A stretch of DNA of 64,000 bases from Planctomycetota bacterium (GTDB lineage Bacteria > Planctomycetota > B15-G4 > JADJEK01), in assembly GCA_044225365.1 (NCBI GenBank), contig JBGAIQ010000016.1:56633-120632 (forward strand). Reading direction: 5' to 3'. The translations under genes were made by a program, and so were the position numbers. Position 1 is the stretch's first letter. Every line of letters starts with the position of its first letter. The notes under the pieces were generated by a model. That model was not told the DNA's origin and did not search any database. It saw only the letters and a program-made list of their open reading frames with translations. This document shows positions 12,101 through 20,030 of this stretch, in pieces.

Positions 12101-12435
12101 TGGTGGCGGAGACGAGCGAGGACGTCCCCGGTGACGGCGGCGGCGTCACGCTCGTCGTGACGATCGATCAACGGTTCGGCGGCGCCCATACCCTCGGGAA
12201 GTTCCGGTTGTCGGTCACCACCTCGAAGCGACCGGTTCGCTACGACGACCTGCCGCTTCCCGTCGCGGCGGCACTCCGCAAGGCGAAGGACTCGCGCAGC
12301 GCAGAGGACGAAGACGTGCTGCACGGGTACTACGTCGCTCGCGATCCCGAGATCTCTGAACGAATCCGCCTCGCCGCGACGCAAGATCTCGCCTGGGCGC
12401 TCGTGAACAGCAAAGCGTTCCTGTTCAACCGCTGA
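9118..12435 (+). CDS. DUF1549 (PSCyt2) + DUF1553 (PSD1) protein with Ig-like domains
   Basis: ATG 9118 overlaps the upstream stop. GCNAGTCHG.AKGKNGFKLSLRG, DAEFMRRVYLDLTG, CNKCHDHPFERW, NPPTNPELLD, FGRPPRESVCECER, terminal DLAWAL.NSKAFLFN. Confidence 0.9.
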   Translation: MTAPARAMRVLRTAWICGIAASLVAAAHATTARIEPAPTDPRALAAIEIEPSQIDLKSPFESVQLLVTGRRVDGTRVDLTREAHFSQSDAVEVTPLGRLRPRRNGSGVLALEVGGQTLSVPVTISGQTEQGDPEFRRDVEPVLGRLGCNAGTCHGSAKGKNGFKLSLRGYDPEFDHLSLTDDLAGRRFDPVEPERSLFLLKPTAAIAHEGGQRLLADSPEYRVLRDWVASGARFDRILAEKAKVERIELLPKDADLEGPGATQQMVVRATYQDGTQRDVTALAFVESDDPEVAKVDGNGVVTGVRRGEVAVLARYEGCYAAARVPINAGADAKSFTWVDVPEYGFIDELVDRKLARVKMLPSPLATDAEFMRRVYLDLTGLPPTIKQARTFLDDSRDSKMKREELIDRLIGSPEFVDHWTRKWADLLQVNAKFLGADGAKGFQNWIRKAVASNEPWDRFMRDVLGASGSTAANPPASYYKVLREPDVVMENTTQLALGIRFSCNKCHDHPFERWTRAQHWKLAAYFARVMRKNADGSPLMPEKGGNQPDDARVAYEEMIGDMDGGELKDPDSGVVVSPGLPYAFETAGAAKDEGGRRDQVVAWITARENPYFAMSFVNRMWSYFTGVGFIEPVDDIRATNPPTNPELLDRLTKEFVAHGFDTRWLVREICRSRVYQQSVETNDTNAGDTRNYSHATARRLPAEVLYDAVFVATGATPRLPGTRPGTRAGETVDATLDSGDGFLGLFGRPPRESVCECERKAGMSLGQALNLVNGDTVASALRAEGNTISSLVANVRDPKAIVEELFLSFLGREPTPEETTRFAATLDPMRVANAAALAPTDAKELGTRRSAFESGLHPAEWSSSKFVSGRSDAGAAFEAKEDGSVLVTGPIADKDTYTLVFSTDRVGITGIRLDAVPDDSLPGHGPGRAPNGNFVLGEMRVVAIPFGAPAAAKTLTLKEATADFAQAEFPPMNAFDGKLETGFAIVPQTGRAHSLVAETSEDVPGDGGGVTLVVTIDQRFGGAHTLGKFRLSVTTSKRPVRYDDLPLPVAAALRKAKDSRSAEDEDVLHGYYVARDPEISERIRLAATQDLAWALVNSKAFLFNR

Positions 12436-13912
12436 AGTTCGCGTGAGAGGCTTCGCTTCGCAGGCGCGGCCCTCGCTCGGTCTCAGGTCCCTGGCCGGAT
12501 CGTGATCGGTCATCCTGACGCTGCCAACGGCCTTCCCAGAAGATCTCCACGGCGTACGTCCCATCCTGATCCTTCACGACGCGGTCGGGGATCCCCGCGC
12601 CCTTCAGTGTGAGGCGTAGTACCTGGCGCCGCGAGTCCTCGGGGCAGAGGCGCGACCGGGGCGGAGGACGATGGAGGTCGGCGACGTTCGTCCATTCGAC
12701 GCCAAAAGGAATCGATCGTTCGATGTCGACGCCGCGCGGATCCTCGACGGAGAAGTCGATCTCGTCCCGTGACGCGAAGTACTTGGCCGTGGCGAGCACC
12801 GAATCGAGCACGCGGCCCTCGACCGCGTAGACCCGGGCGCCGCGGCCGAACGTACCGATGAACGACATCTCGGCGAGATCGAGGTCACCCGCTGGATCGT
12901 GCAGATCGAGCAGGGCGTCGATCGCGTCGTCCGGCATCGCATCGAGTTCGCGCGCCGGAATGTGCGAGAGCCAGCGCGCGACGAGAGCTTCCTCGAACTC
13001 GCTCGCAAACGGACCCTTGCGCTCCAGGGCTGCGCGCAAACGCGCCGACTCGAACCTCCGCCGCAGGGTGATCGGTCCGCGACTCGGAGGCGCGATCTGA
13101 AAGGCGGCGAACAGCAGGTTACGCTCGACTGCGGAAAGGGACCGGCTGAACTGGACGCAGGCGACGTGATCGTCGGAGTCGCGCAGCACGATGTGATCGT
13201 TTCGCCTCGCGAGCGTCGCGAGGCGATCGATCTCTTCGTCGCGGACGAATAGATCGCTCCGCGGGAGGACGACGAGGCAGCGGGTCGGTGCGTTCGCGAT
13301 CGCTTCGCCGACGGCGACGTCGAGGATGTCGCGGAAGACGAGTCGCACGAGGAACGCGGCGGACGAACCATAGAACTCGTGAACGTAGTTCGAGACGGCG
13401 TTGTCGGCTTCGATCGGCGCGAAGAACGCGGTCGCCGCGGGTCGTCGCCCACAGTGCAGCAGATAGGCTTCGCCGAGGGTACCGAGCGAAGCTCCTCGGA
13501 CCGCGACTCGGGACTCGCCGCCTGCGCGCCGCACGGCTTCCTCGTACATCGAAAGAGCGTCCTCGCCGAGACGTCGTGAGTTGCGCGATCCATCGGAGAG
13601 CCCGACGCCGCGCCAGTCGCAGCACAGCGATGCGATTCCATACTCCGAGAGCCGCGCGAAGACGTCACGCGAGTCGGCAGCGGTCGCCGTCGCCTCCAGG
13701 AGATGCAAGACGACCGGGGCGCCGTCGCCGGCAGGGACGAACACGCCGCGCAGTTCGACGCCGTCGCGCGTCTGGATCGAGATGCCTTCGGTGCCGGGCG
13801 GCATCGAATCGAGCGCCGGCGGCTCGCGCCGTACGGCATAGACGGCGGGCGGCGTGAAGCAGCCTGGCGCCGCGAACAGAATGGCGACGGCGATCGCGGT
13901 CCGAGATCTCAG
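12425..13912 (-). CDS. Alpha/beta-hydrolase fold protein, probable lipoprotein (start uncertain)
   Basis: AIAVAILFAAPGC signal/lipobox-like segment; TRDGVELRG, DWRGVGLSDG, GASLG nucleophile elbow. No ATG near the signal peptide; CTG 13912 used provisionally. Confidence 0.6.
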   Translation of the reverse strand: MRSRTAIAVAILFAAPGCFTPPAVYAVRREPPALDSMPPGTEGISIQTRDGVELRGVFVPAGDGAPVVLHLLEATATAADSRDVFARLSEYGIASLCCDWRGVGLSDGSRNSRRLGEDALSMYEEAVRRAGGESRVAVRGASLGTLGEAYLLHCGRRPAATAFFAPIEADNAVSNYVHEFYGSSAAFLVRLVFRDILDVAVGEAIANAPTRCLVVLPRSDLFVRDEEIDRLATLARRNDHIVLRDSDDHVACVQFSRSLSAVERNLLFAAFQIAPPSRGPITLRRRFESARLRAALERKGPFASEFEEALVARWLSHIPARELDAMPDDAIDALLDLHDPAGDLDLAEMSFIGTFGRGARVYAVEGRVLDSVLATAKYFASRDEIDFSVEDPRGVDIERSIPFGVEWTNVADLHRPPPRSRLCPEDSRRQVLRLTLKGAGIPDRVVKDQDGTYAVEIFWEGRWQRQDDRSRSGQGPETERGPRLRSEASHANFSG

Positions 13913-13931
13913 GGTTCGGGCGCCTTTCTTT

Positions 13932-13968
13932 GCGGCAGGGCGGCAGGGCGGCAGGGCGGCAGGGCGGC
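13932..13968. repeat. Octanucleotide tandem repeat (GCGGCAGG)x4 plus partial fifth unit
   Basis: Perfect units at 13932, 13940, 13948 and 13956, then GCGGC; lies between two divergent genes. Confidence 0.85.
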
Positions 13969-14066
13969 GGTCGATGTACGTGCGATTCGAACCACGGTAA
14001 CGAAGTCGCGCAACCGCAGTGGCTCGTGGTTTACGATCCGCGAAACGAATCGAGGAACCAACGGCG

Positions 14067-14855
14067 TTGGACGAGATCACGCGTTCTCAGTTGACCGAGT
14101 TGAATCGACGATTCTACGTCGAACACGCGCGTGACTTCGCGGCGACGCGACGAAGGGCGTGGGCGGGTTGGCGGGAGATCTCGAAGCGAATTCGATCGAT
14201 TCGGAATTCGACCGCCGACAGCACGCGTCCGCTCTCGATCCTCGACATCGGATGCGGCAACGCCCGATTCTTCACGTTCCTTCGCGACGAGGGCATCGGG
14301 ATCGATCGTTATGTCGGGATCGATGCCTCGAAGGAGATGCTGGACAGCGCGACGAGCGCGATTCACTCCGATCCGGCGGCGACGCTACTCCATGCCGATG
14401 TCCTCGAGCGGCCGCTCGCGACGCTGCTCTCCGAACTGCGGTTCGATCTCGTCGTCCTGTTCGGCGTCCTTCATCATGTTCCCGGAATGACCGCGCGCCG
14501 CGACCTGCTGCGCTCGTGCATTCCGTTCGTTCGCGTCGGCGAAGATCCCGGTTCGATCGTGGTCACCTTGTGGCGATTCCTCACTCACGACGCGGCGCTC
14601 GCTTCGAGGATCGTCCCATTGGAAGACGTCGCCGCGCGAACCGGCATCGCGCTCGATCGCTCAGCACTGGAACCCGGGGACACGCTGCTGCCTTTTGGCG
14701 ACGATCCGTCCGCGATCCGGTACGCGCACCACTTCTCCGACGCCGATGCCGAATCGCTGGTCGCGGGCCTTCCGCTGACGCTCCGAGACTCGTTCACGGC
14801 GGACGGCGACGGCGAAGCCAACCGGTACCTCGTCCTCGCGTGCGCTCAGCGGTAG
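14067..14855 (+). CDS. Class I SAM-dependent methyltransferase
   Basis: TTG 14067 after GAGG; ILDIGCGNARF motif I, YVGIDAS, FDLVVLFGVLHHVP. Confidence 0.85.
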   Translation: MDEITRSQLTELNRRFYVEHARDFAATRRRAWAGWREISKRIRSIRNSTADSTRPLSILDIGCGNARFFTFLRDEGIGIDRYVGIDASKEMLDSATSAIHSDPAATLLHADVLERPLATLLSELRFDLVVLFGVLHHVPGMTARRDLLRSCIPFVRVGEDPGSIVVTLWRFLTHDAALASRIVPLEDVAARTGIALDRSALEPGDTLLPFGDDPSAIRYAHHFSDADAESLVAGLPLTLRDSFTADGDGEANRYLVLACAQR

Positions 14856-16102
14856 AGCAGGTACTTCGCGCGCCTCTTCCCGAACTCCGCCACCTCGTCC
14901 GTGTAGCTCGCCAGGATCGCCTCCGCACTCTCGCCCTTCTTGATCCGCGGCAGCACGTTCGGGTCGCCCCAATGGATGTTGAAGGCGCGTCCTTCTTCGT
15001 ACTTCACTTGTCCCGGGTAGAGCTTCTCGAGCGTCGTGAGGAGCGTGAGAGCGGTGCGCAGCGGAAGGAAGGCGTGCGGATCGCGCACGAGGAGTCGCAC
15101 GCCGCGCAGAGCCTTGTCCTTGTGGCGCTGATAGAACGGTTTGTAGGAGATGGGAGTGAAACGGACGCCCGGAAGCGATGCCGCATTCAACGCGCTCGCG
15201 AAGCGGTCGGGATCGACGAACTCGGCCGCGCAGGTCTCGAACGGCAGCGTGAAGCCGACGCCTTCGTTCACGTTCGTCGTGGTGCCTCCGAGCATGCCGG
15301 TCGCGACGTAGCAGGTCGCGCTGATCGAGTGCGGGATGTGCGGCGAGGTCTGGACCCAAGTGAGTCCGGTGTCGTCCCACACCATCTCCCGTTTCCAACC
15401 CTCCATCGGGACGACCTCGAGGTCGGCGCCGATCTTCAACTCGGAGTTGAAGAAGCGGGCGATCTCGCCGACAGTCATGCCATGCGTCACCGGCATCGGG
15501 CCCCAGCCAATGAAACTCTTCCACGCCTCGCGAACGAGCGGACCTTCGAAGTGCACGCCCCCGATCGGATTCGGTCGATCGAGGACGACGATCTTCTTCT
15601 TGGCGTCGGCGGCCGCGTAGAGCGCTTCGCCGAGCGTCGAGATGAAGGTGTAGGTGCGAGAGCCGATGTCCTGGATGTCGAAGACGAGGACGTCGACCCT
15701 CGCGAGCGATTCGGGCGAGGGCCGCTTGCTCTTGCCGTAGAGGCTCTCGACGGGCAGCTTCGTCTTGGGATCGAGGGTGTCGCCGACCGTGTCGCCGGCA
15801 TAGGCATCACCGCGGATACCGTGTTCGGGTCCGTAGAGTTGCACCAGTTGGAAGCGCTTGTCCGCGAACAAACGATCCGCCGTGGCGACGAGCTCGCCGT
15901 CGACGCCCGACGGATTGGTGATGAGCCCGACGCGCTTGCCCGCGAGGACCTTCGCATCCGAGTCGAGCAGGACGTCGACGCCGAGCTTCACGGGAGAAGG
16001 AGCACGAATGCTCGGACGCGCAGACGTGGCGCACGCCGCGGGAGCGAGGACGAGACAGGCGCAGGTCGCGGCGCGGGACAGGAGCGAAAGGATCGAACTC
16101 AT
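14846..16102 (-). CDS. namZ: DUF1343 / exo-beta-N-acetylmuramidase NamZ family protein
   Basis: VGLITNPSG, GPEHG, SLYG, FDIQDIGSRTYTF, VLDRPNPIGG, HGMTVGE, SPHIP, NEGVG; lipoprotein-like N-terminus. Confidence 0.88.
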   Translation of the reverse strand: MSSILSLLSRAATCACLVLAPAACATSARPSIRAPSPVKLGVDVLLDSDAKVLAGKRVGLITNPSGVDGELVATADRLFADKRFQLVQLYGPEHGIRGDAYAGDTVGDTLDPKTKLPVESLYGKSKRPSPESLARVDVLVFDIQDIGSRTYTFISTLGEALYAAADAKKKIVVLDRPNPIGGVHFEGPLVREAWKSFIGWGPMPVTHGMTVGEIARFFNSELKIGADLEVVPMEGWKREMVWDDTGLTWVQTSPHIPHSISATCYVATGMLGGTTTNVNEGVGFTLPFETCAAEFVDPDRFASALNAASLPGVRFTPISYKPFYQRHKDKALRGVRLLVRDPHAFLPLRTALTLLTTLEKLYPGQVKYEEGRAFNIHWGDPNVLPRIKKGESAEAILASYTDEVAEFGKRRAKYLLYR

Positions 16103-17640
16103 GGTGACGGTCCTTCGCTTCTCTTCGGCGCATTTGCGCGGTTCGATCCATCGGTGTCGGGGCGAACGACGACGAGTTGCTCGGCGAGCGCATCGATCCT
16201 CGCCCGCCAATTCGCGGCGGGCCCGACGTATTGGCCGGCGAGGATCGCGAACGCGTTGCGCGCACCGTCGTCGCTCTCGGCATATCCCGCGAGGGCAGAG
16301 ACGCCGGCGAGCGTTCCGGTCTTCGCCGCGATGTGTCCGCGAGCCGGCGACTCCGTGAAGCGATGGGCAAGCGTCCCGTCCTCCCCGGCGATGGGCAGCA
16401 TCGCGCGGAACGATTCGAACGTATCGCGACTTCCCATGTCCGCGAGTACCGCGACGAGGAGGTCGGCGGTGATGGCGTCGTAGAACGAGAGTCCGCAGCC
16501 GTCGACGATACGGAAGTCATCGGGATGGAATCCGAGGCGCGTGATGTAGAGGCTCACGAACTGGAGGCCCTCGCTCGCGGTCACGGCCGGCTGTCGGTGT
16601 TGCGGCTCGGCGAGGGTGGGAAGGAGGCGCAGGATGCACTCCGCGGCGAGATTGTCCGAGGTCTTCAGCATCCGCGTGAGGATCTCGGCGTAGCTGCGCT
16701 CGACGCGCGCCACTTCCGTGTACGAGCCCTCGTCCGCCGTGCGCGGGTCGATGCGCGAGATCTTCAAGGGCATAGCGGCGGGGCGATCCTTGTCCGCGAT
16801 CGAGCCGAAGACGTCGGCGGTGAAGAGGTCGGGATCGGGAACCGAGAGCGTCGTCTCGGCATGTCCGGCGGGAGCGATCGAACCCGCGAGGTGCAGTACG
16901 CGACGGTTCCCGAAGATCTCGCGGGTGATCGTCACATCGGTGTTCGCACCGAGAGGCGCATTCTCGAGCGCCGCGTCGAGCTGGAAGTGATGGATCGCGG
17001 GCGGGTCGAAGGCGATCGTCGGATCCGAATCGGGTTTCGCGTCCCGTGCGACTTTCACGGCGACGGCGCCGCTCGCGAGGGTGAGCGCGGACACGTACGG
17101 CATGTAGGCGCCGGGTTCGTCGTCCCACATCCAGCCCGTCCCGAAGGGCGGCGGCGAGAACGCACCGGAGTCGACACGGATCTCGTCGTCGACGACGACG
17201 CCTTCCTTGCTCGCCTGCGCCCAGAGATCCTCGAGGTCGGCCTTCGAGAGGAAGGGATCGCCGCCGCCCTGCAGGACGAGCGCCGTTCCGTTCCTCTCAC
17301 GAAGGAGTCGTGTCGCGACCTTTGGTTGGCGCGAGGGATCGAGTGCTCCGAGGTCGATCGCCGTCGCGGCGAGCACGAGCTTCAGCGAAGACGCGGGGTG
17401 CATTCGCAGCGACGAGTTGCGCGCGATACGGGGCAAGGCGGCCAACTTGGAATCGCTTCCGGCACGCAGCGGCAACACTGCGACGCAGAGGGTCGTGGAC
17501 GGGTCGTCCGCGGTGCATTGCGCGATCGCCGCCAGAAAACGCTCTTCCTGCGACGGCGGCGTCAGAAGGGAGCAACCTGCGATCGACGCGATCAGGACGA
17601 CGGTCGTCGCGAAGCAGACCGCGCGTGGGGGCCGTTTCAT
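16099..17640 (-). CDS. dacB: D-Ala-D-Ala carboxypeptidase/endopeptidase (PBP4, peptidase S13)
   Basis: PASSLK (SxxK), GGGDP, GWMWDD, SDN (SxN), DGCGLS, AKTGTL (KTG); lipobox IAGC; ATGA overlap with namZ. Confidence 0.9.
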   Translation of the reverse strand: MKRPPRAVCFATTVVLIASIAGCSLLTPPSQEERFLAAIAQCTADDPSTTLCVAVLPLRAGSDSKLAALPRIARNSSLRMHPASSLKLVLAATAIDLGALDPSRQPKVATRLLRERNGTALVLQGGGDPFLSKADLEDLWAQASKEGVVVDDEIRVDSGAFSPPPFGTGWMWDDEPGAYMPYVSALTLASGAVAVKVARDAKPDSDPTIAFDPPAIHHFQLDAALENAPLGANTDVTITREIFGNRRVLHLAGSIAPAGHAETTLSVPDPDLFTADVFGSIADKDRPAAMPLKISRIDPRTADEGSYTEVARVERSYAEILTRMLKTSDNLAAECILRLLPTLAEPQHRQPAVTASEGLQFVSLYITRLGFHPDDFRIVDGCGLSFYDAITADLLVAVLADMGSRDTFESFRAMLPIAGEDGTLAHRFTESPARGHIAAKTGTLAGVSALAGYAESDDGARNAFAILAGQYVGPAANWRARIDALAEQLVVVRPDTDGSNRANAPKRSEGPSP

Positions 17641-17793
17641 TCGAGGCAGAGTACCGCTTGGAGCGGTGGCTTCAACGGGCGCATCGGCGACTTGCCTTTG
17701 CCTTGGGACCTGCCGAGCGTTTCCTTGCCCTGCAGGGGTTCGATCGCTTGCATCGCGCAGAGTCACCCTTTGGCCGCAGCGATTCGAGGCGTC

Positions 17794-19983
17794 ATGTCCC
17801 GCATTCCCCTTCTCGCCCTCTGGACCCTGGGAGTCCTCGTCGTGTCGCAGAAACCCGCTTTCGGCCAGGGCGGCCCGCCCGCGTCGGCGCTCGACGAAGC
17901 CGCCGCGCGTCTCCACGTCACTCCTGCGGACGTGCCGGTCCGCGCCCTCAGCGCGAGCCGCGCGTTCCTCGGACTGACCGACAAGGAGAAGTGGTACGCC
18001 TACTGGATGTCGCAAGCCGCGTGGCGCGGAGCGCCGATCGTGTGCGCCCAGGTCTCGCCGGAATCGCCTCTCCTCTTCGAATTTCTGCTGCGCGTCTACT
18101 CCGTCCATCCGCAGGCGCTGCGCATCGAGGCCAATCGCGCCGGGATCTCCGACGGCGAGCTCTCGCAGCTCGACGACTACGCCGCGCGGTTCTTCTCGAA
18201 TCTCGGCAACTACCTCGAGTTCGGCGACACCAAGTTCGTTCCTGCGCTTCCGGTCGAGCGTCTCGAAGCGATCGTCTCGATCGCCGCGCGCCTTCAGGGC
18301 CAAGGCAGCCAATCGGCGATGCTCGGAATGTTCGGCGCGTTGAAGCAGAAGATCTACTCGCTCGATCCCAAGGAGCGGCTGCTCGCGATGCCGGGCGAGG
18401 GTGTCACGGGTTACTACGGGCCCGACGTCACGAGCGATGACGTCGCCTTCGTCGGTCGCTACCTCGAGTCGAAGAAGATCGAGGCGTGGAACACGCGCAT
18501 CACGATGCAGCCCGCAGGCAAGGACCCGGGCGCGCCGAAGATCGTCAAGATCCAGATCGCGTCGGTCAACCGCTCGGAAGTGCGTGACACCTTCGAGGGC
18601 CGCCCCGTTTTGATCGGGTACGGCGATCACAGCGAGATCCTGAAGGGCGTCGTCGATGCGCTCGTCCATGCGAAGGAGTTCGCGGCGAACGATCTCGAGC
18701 GGCAGATGATCGACCGTTACATCGCGCATTTCCAGGAGGGTCACATCGATCTCCACAAGGATGCGATGCGATTCTGGGTGAAGGACGTCGGACCTTCCGT
18801 CGAGACGAATCTCGGCTTCATCGAAACCTATCGCGATCCCGCGAAGGTGCGCGCCGAATGGGAAGGACTCGTCGCCGTCGTCGATCGCGAGCAGAGCGCC
18901 GTCCTCGGGAAACTCGTCGACGCGGCACCCGCGCTGATCCCGCTCCTTCCGTGGTCGAAGGAGTTCGAGAAGGACGCCTTCCAGAGGCCCGATTTCACGT
19001 CGCTCGAAGTCGTCGCGTTCGCGAATGCCGGCATTCCCGCCGGGATCAATATCCCGAACTACGACGACATCCGCATGACCCTTGGATTCAAGAACGTGAG
19101 CCTCGGGAACGTGCTCGCTGCGGGAGCGGGATCGAACGAGCGCGTCGAGTTCATCCGCGACGACGACCAGGAGCTGTTTCGCAAGTACCGCAAGGAGGCG
19201 TTCGACGTGCAAGTTGGATTGCACGAACTCCTCGGCCACGGATCCGGCAAGTTGCTCTCGGAGGAGTCTCCCGGGAAGTTCAATTTCGACCGCAGTGTCG
19301 TGAATCCGCTGACGAATGCGCCGGTCGCCACCTGGTATCAGCCCGGGCAGACCTGGAACAGCGTCTTCGGCAAGATCTCGACGTCCTACGAGGAGTGTCG
19401 CGCCGAAGCAGTGGGACTCTACCTGTGCACGCATCCCGACGTGATGAGGGTGTTCGGGCACACGGGTCAGGAAGCCTCCGACATCGCCTACATCAACTGG
19501 CTGCTCATGGCTCGGGCCGGGCTCGATGCGCTTTCCTACTACGACGCGAAGTCGAACACGTTCGGGCAGTCGCACATGCAGGCGCGCTACGTCCTGCTCA
19601 GCGTCATGCTGAAAGCGGGGGGCGGGTTGCTCACGATCGAGCAGGACTCCCAAGGTCGCTACGTCGCGAACCTCGATCGCAGCAAGATCGAGTCGATCGG
19701 GCGACCCGCGATCGGTGAGTTCCTGAAGAAGCTCGGGATCTACAAGGCGATCGCCGACGCCGCAGCCGGGCAGGCGCTCTACAAGGAACACAGCGAGGTC
19801 GGCGCGGCCGCGCTCGCCATCCGCGAGTTCGCGCTGAAGGTGAAGAAGCCCCGCCATATCTGGGTGCAGCCCGTGCTCGATGCGTCGCCCGGCGGCGTCG
19901 TCCTTCGCGAGTACCCGGCGACGGATCGCGGAGTGATCGACTCGTTCGTCGATCGCTTCGGCGCTCTGGGTCGCGGTCGCTGA
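17794..19983 (+). CDS. Dipeptidyl peptidase III (peptidase M49), with signal peptide
   Basis: GFIETYRDP, AGINIPNYDDIR, GFKNVSLGNVL, HELLGH zinc motif, EECRAE, HMQAR; N-terminal hydrophobic signal. Confidence 0.93.
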   Translation: MSRIPLLALWTLGVLVVSQKPAFGQGGPPASALDEAAARLHVTPADVPVRALSASRAFLGLTDKEKWYAYWMSQAAWRGAPIVCAQVSPESPLLFEFLLRVYSVHPQALRIEANRAGISDGELSQLDDYAARFFSNLGNYLEFGDTKFVPALPVERLEAIVSIAARLQGQGSQSAMLGMFGALKQKIYSLDPKERLLAMPGEGVTGYYGPDVTSDDVAFVGRYLESKKIEAWNTRITMQPAGKDPGAPKIVKIQIASVNRSEVRDTFEGRPVLIGYGDHSEILKGVVDALVHAKEFAANDLERQMIDRYIAHFQEGHIDLHKDAMRFWVKDVGPSVETNLGFIETYRDPAKVRAEWEGLVAVVDREQSAVLGKLVDAAPALIPLLPWSKEFEKDAFQRPDFTSLEVVAFANAGIPAGINIPNYDDIRMTLGFKNVSLGNVLAAGAGSNERVEFIRDDDQELFRKYRKEAFDVQVGLHELLGHGSGKLLSEESPGKFNFDRSVVNPLTNAPVATWYQPGQTWNSVFGKISTSYEECRAEAVGLYLCTHPDVMRVFGHTGQEASDIAYINWLLMARAGLDALSYYDAKSNTFGQSHMQARYVLLSVMLKAGGGLLTIEQDSQGRYVANLDRSKIESIGRPAIGEFLKKLGIYKAIADAAAGQALYKEHSEVGAAALAIREFALKVKKPRHIWVQPVLDASPGGVVLREYPATDRGVIDSFVDRFGALGRGR

Positions 19984-20030
19984 CCGACGCGATTCGCCCG
20001 CCGGCACGTCAGGAAGCACTGGAGACGGAC

